Below are positions 1 through 6,497 of a stretch of 52,910 bases of DNA, piece by piece. This DNA comes from Vicinamibacteraceae bacterium (GTDB lineage Bacteria > Acidobacteriota > Vicinamibacteria > Vicinamibacterales > JAFNAJ01). The DNA is taken from positions 1 through 52,910 of the forward strand of contig JAHDVQ010000002.1 of NCBI GenBank assembly GCA_023384595.1, read 5' to 3'. The position numbers and the translations under genes were made by a program. Position 1 is the first letter of the stretch; every line of letters starts with the position of its first letter. Under the pieces are notes generated by a model. It saw nothing but the letters and a program-made list of their open reading frames with translations. It searched no databases and was not told where the DNA came from.

Positions 1-1820
1 TCGTCCTGGAACTTCTTGACGTCCGCCCGTTCAGCCAGCGTGCTGTCCAGCTTCAAGGCCGCCTCCAGCTCGCGCCGCGCCGCCTGCCGGTCGCCCGCCG
101 CGGCCAGCACGGCGGCCCAGTGGAAACGGACCTCGCCGTTGCGGGGCAGTCCGGAGACGGCCTGTCTCAGGTAAGAGAACGCATCCCGCGTGTTGCCGAG
201 CAGGTAGTGCACCCAGCCCAGCGTGTCGGCCACGAGCGCGCTCTGTCCCGCCAGCGCGTAGGCGCGCTGCGCGAGCGGAAGCGCATCGGCCGGCTTCCCG
301 CGGTGCACGGCCAGCGCATACGCCAGGTTGTTGAGGGCCACGACGTCGCGAGGCTGCTGCGCGAGCGCCGCCTCGTAGCGGGCGATGGCCAGCTCGTGCT
401 CACCCTGCCGCGTGTAGATGTCGGCGAGGGCCATGTGCATGGCCCCGACACTGCCGTCGAGGGCAATCGCCTCCTCGAGCGCCGTGCGCGCCGCCGCGGA
501 GTCTCCCAGCGCCAGGTGCCGCTGCGCCTTGACGAACCGCGTGAGCGCGTCCCGGTTGGCGCGCGGCGCACTCGTCGCCATCTGCTCGATCCGGCGCGCC
601 GACAGGTACTGCGGGTACCCGGTCGCCGGATCGATCCCGCCATCCATGTCGCCGGCGCTCACCTCGGGCGCCGGCCCGATCCGGCACAGCGGGTCGCCGA
701 TGACGACGGCCTGCCAGCTCAGATACGGCATCGCGAGGTAGTACACCTCGGCCAGCGACAGCCCCTGGAAGTACGCGGGAAACAGGATGTCGGGACGCAC
801 GGTACCGTCGAGGAACGGCTCGGCCACGTAGCCCGCCACGCCCGTGACGCCCTCGCGCACGAGGTCGCCCGTCAGCGACTGCGGCGAGCCCGCGTAGTAG
901 GACGCGCGGTTCCGCCAGTCGCCCACCGTCCACGTGTCCGGGGGCGCGGTGAACGTGCGGGCATCGGAGCTGACGAACATCCCCGCGATCGCGCCGGGAA
1001 CGAACGCGAGGTCGAAGACGCGCTGCTTGATGGCGGGATCGCTCGAACCCCACGAGTAGTACCCCAGGATGTCGCGCTCGCCGCTCACGACATCGCCGGT
1101 GCGTTCGAGCAGGACGTGCTCGCCGAAGCCCGCGGACTCGAGCCGCCGCGCCGCCGTGTCGAGCGCGCGGTTGCCCGCCTCGCTGAGCGACGCCTTCATG
1201 TCGAGGACGACGCGTCCGCGCCGCTCGGCCCTCAGCGCCCGATCCACGAGCGCTTTCGCGTCGGCCACGGTGAAGGCGTCGAGCCGCGTCACGAGGTAGA
1301 TGTCGTGCACCTTCCTGGTGAAGGGCTTCGCCGCAGACGGTTCGGCATCGCCGAGGAAGTAGGGATTCTCGATCGGCCCGATCGTGTTGACGCGGCCGCC
1401 GGTGAGCTTCCGGTAGAGCAGCGTCAACTCCGAATCGACACTCGCCGTCGTCGCTTGCCGCCCGGTCGTTCCGGCAATGCGCAGGGGGAGCCCCTTCGTG
1501 AGCACGATGTAGTGGATGCGATCCTCGAGCGCGTGCTCGGTGAGCCAGCGGGCGATGGGCGCCTCGATGGCCAGCTCGTAGGCGTTGCGCGCAATCTCGT
1601 CGGCGACCGCCACCTTGACACGCACCACCTGCGTCTCGGGGACCGCGCGGGCCTTGACGTAGTGCTCGCCGATGTCCACCGACGCCTGACTCTCGGTGTT
1701 GACGACCACGAGCACGTTGGCCGGCGACTGGCCGCGGGCCGTTGTCGTGCCGAAAAGGAGAAAGACGAGCGCAAGCGCGGCCACGGCGGCCGGGGACAGG
1801 CGGTCGTGCTCGGCCAGCAT
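1..1820 (-). CDS. secreted protein with a TIGR03790-like N-terminal region and C-terminal TPR repeats (3' end runs off the left edge)
   Basis: Absent from the ORF track because it has no stop in the window. Manual minus-strand translation from the ATG at 1820 gives MLAEHDRLSPAAVAALALVFLLFGTTTARGQSPANVLVVVN (signal-like), then YYSWGSSDPAIKQ, then TPR-like ALNNLAYALAVHRGKPADALPLAQRAYALAGQSALVADTLGWVHYLLGNTRDAFSYLRQAV. The frame stays open to position 1 and GC3 is high. Confidence 0.7.
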   Translation of the reverse strand, partial: MLAEHDRLSPAAVAALALVFLLFGTTTARGQSPANVLVVVNTESQASVDIGEHYVKARAVPETQVVRVKVAVADEIARNAYELAIEAPIARWLTEHALEDRIHYIVLTKGLPLRIAGTTGRQATTASVDSELTLLYRKLTGGRVNTIGPIENPYFLGDAEPSAAKPFTRKVHDIYLVTRLDAFTVADAKALVDRALRAERRGRVVLDMKASLSEAGNRALDTAARRLESAGFGEHVLLERTGDVVSGERDILGYYSWGSSDPAIKQRVFDLAFVPGAIAGMFVSSDARTFTAPPDTWTVGDWRNRASYYAGSPQSLTGDLVREGVTGVAGYVAEPFLDGTVRPDILFPAYFQGLSLAEVYYLAMPYLSWQAVVIGDPLCRIGPAPEVSAGDMDGGIDPATGYPQYLSARRIEQMATSAPRANRDALTRFVKAQRHLALGDSAAARTALEEAIALDGSVGAMHMALADIYTRQGEHELAIARYEAALAQQPRDVVALNNLAYALAVHRGKPADALPLAQRAYALAGQSALVADTLGWVHYLLGNTRDAFSYLRQAVSGLPRNGEVRFHWAAVLAAAGDRQAARRELEAALKLDSTLAERADVKKFQD

Positions 1821-1932
1821 CGGTTTCAGTTGGGCGATGGACACGGGGGCAGGATAGCAGAGGTTCCAACCTCCGCAGGTTCGCGGTGTAGTTGGTCAGT
1901 GAACAGCCTGATGAGAAAACCGCCCCGACCCG

Positions 1933-2172
1933 CTACCCCACTGCCACGCCGCGGCGCACGCGGTCGGCGGGCGCTTCGGGTTCGAGCGGGGCGTCGTCGG
2001 ATTCGTCGCGGCCGGCATGCGCGTGCTGGAACACCCGCCCTCCGGCCGTCTCGATGCGGAGGGTGTACGCCAGGGGCAGCTGGTCGAGGAGCATCCCGAT
2101 AGCCTGGATCACGCCCGGGGCCAGTCGATCCTCATCGTCGGGGGTGAGTGATGACACAAACCGGATGTTCAT
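1933..2172 (-). CDS. hypothetical small protein (79 aa)
   Basis: ORF track entry with high GC3. It is on the same strand and just upstream of the TPR gene. No recognisable family. Confidence 0.4.
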   Translation of the reverse strand: MNIRFVSSLTPDDEDRLAPGVIQAIGMLLDQLPLAYTLRIETAGGRVFQHAHAGRDESDDAPLEPEAPADRVRRGVAVG

Positions 2173-2246
2173 GGGCCTTCGAACGAGCGTGCGCAGACCA
2201 GAACCGCGCCGGGCCTATCCCGTCGGCTGTCGGCATGGAGCTCTAG

Positions 2247-2263
2247 AGCAAAGCTCGTTCCGA
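2247..2263 (-). promoter_or_regulatory. candidate sigma54 (-24/-12) promoter, minus strand
   Basis: The minus strand reads cGGAACgagctTTGCtc, with correct GG-N10-GC spacing but GGAAC instead of GGCAC. It lies about 65 nt upstream of the 2172 start. Confidence 0.3.
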
Positions 2264-2388
2264 CCCACGACTGTAAGAAGTTTCAGCGATTCGTCGATTT
2301 TGTGACCAGGACGCACACTCAGGGCATGAGAACGCCGAACAAGGTTTCCCGTGGGGCAGACTTTTCCCGCCATGGCCGGCAACCCGGC

Positions 2389-2417
2389 TTGACTTGGCTC
2401 CAGACGCCCTCTAAGCT
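2389..2417 (+). promoter_or_regulatory. candidate sigma70-type promoter (TTGACT-17 nt-TAAGCT)
   Basis: TTGACT at 2389-2394, a 17-nt spacer, and TAAGCT at 2412-2417, just upstream of the GTG start at 2432. Confidence 0.3.
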
Positions 2418-2431
2418 GCGCAGGTTCGCTT

Positions 2432-3553
2432 GTGATCGATCACCTCTCTGAACCCGCCTCGTTCATTGGCATCAGCGCCGCCGCCCGGGCCCTCGACGAG
2501 GAGGTGTCGCAGGCCGCGAGGTCCGACGCCAAGGTGCTCATCACGGGTGAGAGCGGCGCCGGCAAGGAAGTGGCCGCACGCCTCATTCACACGCGAAGCA
2601 CGCGCGCCGCGGGGCCGTGGGTCGCGATCAACTGCGCGGGCGTGCCCGACACCCTGCTCGAATCCGAGCTCTTCGGCCACGTCAAGGGCAGCTTCACGGG
2701 CGCCTATCGCGACAAGCCCGGACTCATCGAGAGCGCCCACCGCGGCACCATCTTCCTCGACGAGGTCGGCGAGATGTCGATGCGGATGCAGGCGGCGCTG
2801 CTCCGCTTCCTCGAATCGGGCGAGATCCAGCGCGTGGGCGCTGACCGGCCCTCCGAGCGCGTCGACGTGCGCGTCATCTGCGCGACCAACCGCACCCTGC
2901 CCGATCGGATCGCGCGCGGCGAGTTCCGCGAGGACCTCTACTACCGGCTGAACGTGATCCGTCTCCACGTCCCGCCGCTGCGAGAACGCCGCGAGGATCT
3001 GCCGCTGCTCGTCGACTTCTTCGTCGCGCGCCACGCCAGCGAGCACCGGATCGAGGTGCCGGGCTTGGCGCCCAACGTGCGCGAACGCCTCCTGGCCTAT
3101 CACTGGCCGGGCAACATCCGCGAGCTGAAGAACGTCATCGAACGCATCGTGGTGCGGGCCGGCCAGGGCGAGATCACGCTCGAGGACCTCCCGGTCGACT
3201 TGCGGCTGGCGACCCCGCTCCTCATGACGTCGGAGGCGCCGACGGGCGCGCAGCTCGCCGAGCACCTCGCGCACGAGCTGTTCGATCGCATCGTGCTGCA
3301 TCGGGAGAGCTTCTGGACGGCGGTCTACGCACCCTTCATGGATCGGGACGTGACGCGCGACACGGTGCGACGCGTCGTGCGCCGCGGGCTCGACCAGTCG
3401 GGCGGCCGCTACGAGGATCTCTTCACCCTGTTCCACCTCACACGCGAGGAGGGCCGGCGCCTCGTCGTGTTCCTGAGGAAGCACGGCTGCCTGGTATCGG
3501 TTCCGGTTGGTGGGCCGCGCACCCGGGGGTCGAGCGCCGAGCAGGTCGCCTAG
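2432..3553 (+). CDS. sigma54-dependent transcriptional activator (AAA+ EBP) with no N-terminal sensory or receiver domain
   Basis: Walker A GESGAGKE, a GAFTGA-type loop (GSFTGAY), ESELFGH, RLNV, and [10 protein letters not shown]. The protein starts about 30 aa before the AAA+ core. The C-terminus has an atypical HTH-like region ([28 protein letters not shown]). Confidence 0.9.
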   Translation: MIDHLSEPASFIGISAAARALDEEVSQAARSDAKVLITGESGAGKEVAARLIHTRSTRAAGPWVAINCAGVPDTLLESELFGHVKGSFTGAYRDKPGLIESAHRGTIFLDEVGEMSMRMQAALLRFLESGEIQRVGADRPSERVDVRVICATNRTLPDRIARGEFREDLYYRLNVIRLHVPPLRERREDLPLLVDFFVARHASEHRIEVPGLAPNVRERLLAYHWPGNIRELKNVIERIVVRAGQGEITLEDLPVDLRLATPLLMTSEAPTGAQLAEHLAHELFDRIVLHRESFWTAVYAPFMDRDVTRDTVRRVVRRGLDQSGGRYEDLFTLFHLTREEGRRLVVFLRKHGCLVSVPVGGPRTRGSSAEQVA

Positions 3554-3590
3554 TCCAGAGGTTCCGTCCCCCGACGCGAGTCACCGAGCG

Positions 3591-4001
3591 ATGACCGAGG
3601 CCGATTCCCCTTCGCCCGCTTCACCTGCGCCCGACCCGCGCGTCGTGCTGCTCGTCGACGACCAACCCGAGGTGCTCACCACGCTCGGCACGCTGCTCCG
3701 GCAGTCGGGGTATACGGTGGTGCTCATCGAGCAGTTCGACGAGGCGCGCCGCTTCATCGATGGCACCCCGCCGGACGCCCTCATCACCGACGTGCGGCTC
3801 GGCGCCTTCAACGGCCTGCAGCTGGTGCTGCACATGCGCGATGCCCGGCCCGAGGCGCCCATCCTCGTGCTCTCGGCCTTCTCCGACCCCATGATCCAGC
3901 GCGAGGCCGAGAAGCAGGGCGCGCGGTACCTCACCAAGCCCATCACTCGCCAGGAGCTCGTCGCCGCGCTCGAAGGCGAGTTCCAGAAGCGCACCCAGTA
4001 G
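3591..4001 (+). CDS. stand-alone response-regulator receiver protein
   Basis: VVLLVDDQPEV...ALITDVRLGAFNGLQL...YLTKP is a CheY-like fold. I prefer the ATG at 3591 over the track start at 3507, which overlaps the upstream gene. Confidence 0.8.
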   Translation: MTEADSPSPASPAPDPRVVLLVDDQPEVLTTLGTLLRQSGYTVVLIEQFDEARRFIDGTPPDALITDVRLGAFNGLQLVLHMRDARPEAPILVLSAFSDPMIQREAEKQGARYLTKPITRQELVAALEGEFQKRTQ

Positions 4002-4022
4002 GCGCCGCTCGTCCGGCGCCTA
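3999..4022. promoter_or_regulatory. palindrome TAGGCGCC-N8-GGCGCCTA (possible weak terminator or protein-binding site)
   Basis: Perfect 8-bp arms overlapping the TAG stop of the receiver gene, centred about 85 bp upstream of the -24 GG at 4095. No U-tract follows. Confidence 0.35.
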
Positions 4023-4035
4023 CCGGCCCTCCCAT

Positions 4036-4089
4036 AGCCCTTCGAGGCTTTGTAGGCTTTGTAGGCTTTGTAGGCTTTGTAGCCCTTCC
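4036..4089. repeat. 9-bp tandem repeat: four perfect AGGCTTTGT units (4045-4080) flanked by degenerate AGCCCTTCG and AGCCCTTCC units
   Basis: Read directly from gaggctttgtaggctttgtaggctttgtaggctttgtagccc. The array ends 5 nt before the sigma54 -24 element. Confidence 0.95.
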
Positions 4090-4093
4090 CCTG

Positions 4094-4109
4094 AGGCACG
4101 CGGGTTGCA
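4094..4109 (+). promoter_or_regulatory. sigma54 (-24/-12) promoter candidate
   Basis: aGGCACGcgggTTGCAc, with GG at 4095-4096 and GC at 4107-4108, which is the canonical spacing. Confidence 0.55.
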
Positions 4110-4121
4110 CCCTCGGCCGGC

Positions 4122-4376
4122 ATGAGCGCGAGGACCCCCCAGCCCGCCCCCGATCAGTGCCCGGTCTGCCGGCACTTTCTCGCCGACCCGGACCAGCTCG
4201 AACGCGAGCTGCCGGGCCTCACGATTCTCTCATCTGCTTGGGGTTCCACGCGGGGACGCGCCGGTCTGTGCGCCCGGTTCGGGACCTGGCAGGACCCGGT
4301 CACCGGGTGCCGCGAGTTCTCGCCGCGCCCGCTCCCGGTGTTCCCCCACGGTGCTGCCCGCGTTACGCAGAGGTGA
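4122..4376 (+). CDS. hypothetical small four-cysteine protein (84 aa)
   Basis: ORF track entry with high GC3 and CPVC...C...C. The ATG lies 14 nt after the -12 GC, so the mRNA may be leaderless. The stop abuts the next gene. Confidence 0.4.
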   Translation: MSARTPQPAPDQCPVCRHFLADPDQLERELPGLTILSSAWGSTRGRAGLCARFGTWQDPVTGCREFSPRPLPVFPHGAARVTQR

Positions 4377-4377
4377 C
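4362..4377. promoter_or_regulatory. GTTAC-N6-GTGAC palindromic motif copy
   Basis: GTTACgcagagGTGAC, immediately upstream of the ATG at 4378 and about 267 bp downstream of the -24 GG at 4095. Confidence 0.4.
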
Positions 4378-6495
4378 ATGGCTACCGCTCTTACGCCCCC
4401 CTGGGCGCTTCCTCCCCCCGAGGCGACGCCGGCGCTACGGCAGCAGGCCGAGGCCATTCTGGAGCGCTGCCGCGGCGACGGCCCGGCCAACTGCGTGGCC
4501 CGCTGCCCGCTGCACGTCGATGCGCGCGGCTACGTCCAGTTGACGAAGGACGGGCGCTTTCAGGAGGCGCTGCAGCTGGTTCGCGAGCAACTGCCCTTTC
4601 CCGGCATCCTCGGCTACGCCTGCGCGCACCCGTGCGAGCTGCACTGCAAGCGCATCGACACCGACTCCCCCGTCCGCATCCGCGACATCAAGCGCTTCCT
4701 CGCCGAGTGGGAGCCCGGCCCGCCCCAGCACCGTGTCGACTGCGAGCCCGACCGCGGGAAACAGGTGGCGGTCGTCGGCGCCGGTCCGGCGGGGCTCCTG
4801 GCGGCCCACGATCTGCGCCGCAAGGGATATCGCGTCACCATCTTCGAGAAGGCGGCCGGCCTCGGCGGGTGCCTGACGAGCCGCATTCCCGCCTGGCGCA
4901 TTCCCCGCGACGTCGTCGATCGCGACCTCTCGGTGATTGCCGCCCTCGGCATCGACGTGCGGACGGGCATCGAGGTCGGCCGTGACATCTCGCTGCGCCA
5001 GCTGCGCGAGGGGTTCCCCGCGGTGCTGCTCCTCACCGGCTACGCTGGTGCGCTCGCCCTCACGCAGGGCGAACCCGAGCTCCAGCACGCACGGCGGGAG
5101 ATCCTCGGCGCCAATCCGGTCACCGGCGAGACCGCCATTCCCGGCGTCTTCGCCGCGGGCGACGCCACGAGCGGCCCCTCCACCATCGTCTACGCGATGG
5201 CGCAGGGTCGCCGGGTGGCCGAGTCGGCGCACCGGTTCCTGAGCGGCCTGGACGTCGGCGCCGATCGCGAGAGCCCGCTGCCGGCGCGCCTGCTCTGGAG
5301 CCTCGACATTCCCGAGGCGGAACGCCGCCGGCGCGAACGCACGCCGGTGATGCTCACCCCCGCCGTGCCGCCGCTCACGGAGGCGGAGGCCCGCGAGGAA
5401 GCCGCGCGGTGTCTCGACTGCCAGTGCGGGCTCTGCGTGAAGGACTGCGAGTTCCTGGCCAAGCACTGTCACTCGCCGCGCGATCTCGCGCGCCGGGTCC
5501 TCGCCGGCGTCGAGCCGCTTGACACGCGCACCGTCGCCTACTCGTGCAACATCTGCGAGCTGTGCGGCACGGTCTGCCCCGAGCACCTCGATACGGGGAA
5601 GATGCTGCTCGAGGCCCGCCGCGAAGCCGTCCGCCAGCAACTCGGTCCGCTCAAGCAGCACAAGCCCATCGTCGGTTACTACAAGGCCGGCGTGTCGAAG
5701 CCCTTCACCCTGGTGATGTCCGAGCCGGGCCGCACGAAGTCGAAGCGGCTGTTCTTCACGGGATGCTCGCTGCCGGCGACCGCGCCGGCGCACACGCTGC
5801 GCGTCTACGACGAACTCCGCCGGCACTACCCCGGCACGGGCGTGCTCATGTGGTGCTGTGGGGCGCCCGCAGAGCTCATCGGCATGGAGGAGGCCTTCGA
5901 GACGACGAAGCGGCAACTGCAGCAGGCGGCGGAGGCCACCGGAGCCGAGGAACTCGTCGCGGCCTGCCCCGACTGTCTGCACACGCTGCGTGGCGCGGAT
6001 CTGGGCCTGACGATCTCGACGGTGTGGGAACGGCTGGCCGGCCGCTGGAAGCCCCCGCAGACGCGCGAGGGCGTGGTCGTCTCGATCCACGACTCGTGCA
6101 AGGGCCGGCACGATCCGGCGCTGCACGCCTCGGTCCGGCGGCTGCTCGACGAGGGCGGCGTGACGGTACAGGACGTCGAGTATGCCGGTCCGCTGGCGCG
6201 CTGCTGCGGGTTCGGCGGCATGATCGCGCCCGTCGATCCGGCGTTGCAGGGCCGGATCACGGACCGCCGCGCCAACGAATCGCCGCTGCCGATGATCACC
6301 TACTGCGCGGGCTGCCGCACGGCGCTCGCGAGCCGCGGCAAGGCGTCGCTCCACATCCTCGACCTCCTGCTCTCCGACGACTGGCAGCAGAAGATGACAC
6401 AGAAGTCGCCCGGCTCGATTCCGCGCTATCTCAATCGCCTGAAGACCAAGTGGGCCTTCAAGCGGCTGCGGCCGCTCTCGGGCAAGGCGGAGTGA
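4378..6495 (+). CDS. fusion of a GltD-like FAD/Fe-S domain (second nucleotide-binding domain missing) to an HdrD/GlpC-like domain with two [4Fe-4S] motifs and two CCG motifs
   Basis: The N-terminus carries CVARCPLH...CAHPCELHCKR and VAVVGAGPAGL. The middle carries CLDCQCGLCVKDC and CNICELCGTVCP. The C-terminus carries the CCG motifs MWCCGAP and ARCCGFGG. I chose the ATG at 4378, which has a gaggtg RBS. Confidence 0.85.
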   Translation: MATALTPPWALPPPEATPALRQQAEAILERCRGDGPANCVARCPLHVDARGYVQLTKDGRFQEALQLVREQLPFPGILGYACAHPCELHCKRIDTDSPVRIRDIKRFLAEWEPGPPQHRVDCEPDRGKQVAVVGAGPAGLLAAHDLRRKGYRVTIFEKAAGLGGCLTSRIPAWRIPRDVVDRDLSVIAALGIDVRTGIEVGRDISLRQLREGFPAVLLLTGYAGALALTQGEPELQHARREILGANPVTGETAIPGVFAAGDATSGPSTIVYAMAQGRRVAESAHRFLSGLDVGADRESPLPARLLWSLDIPEAERRRRERTPVMLTPAVPPLTEAEAREEAARCLDCQCGLCVKDCEFLAKHCHSPRDLARRVLAGVEPLDTRTVAYSCNICELCGTVCPEHLDTGKMLLEARREAVRQQLGPLKQHKPIVGYYKAGVSKPFTLVMSEPGRTKSKRLFFTGCSLPATAPAHTLRVYDELRRHYPGTGVLMWCCGAPAELIGMEEAFETTKRQLQQAAEATGAEELVAACPDCLHTLRGADLGLTISTVWERLAGRWKPPQTREGVVVSIHDSCKGRHDPALHASVRRLLDEGGVTVQDVEYAGPLARCCGFGGMIAPVDPALQGRITDRRANESPLPMITYCAGCRTALASRGKASLHILDLLLSDDWQQKMTQKSPGSIPRYLNRLKTKWAFKRLRPLSGKAE

Positions 6496-6497
6496 TC

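Noticed and set aside
120-2102. 660-aa + strand ORF and the 489-aa minus-strand ORF (400..1869) from the track
   Set aside because: Both are Arg/Ala/Gly-rich shadow frames. The real gene is in the third minus-strand frame (start 1820, open to position 1), which gives a signal peptide, conserved motifs and TPR repeats.
4036-4089. Short tandem arrays (here and at 27517) as possible CRISPR arrays
   Set aside because: The units are 7-9 bp and directly abut one another with no spacers, and no cas genes are present. They are microsatellites, not CRISPR.
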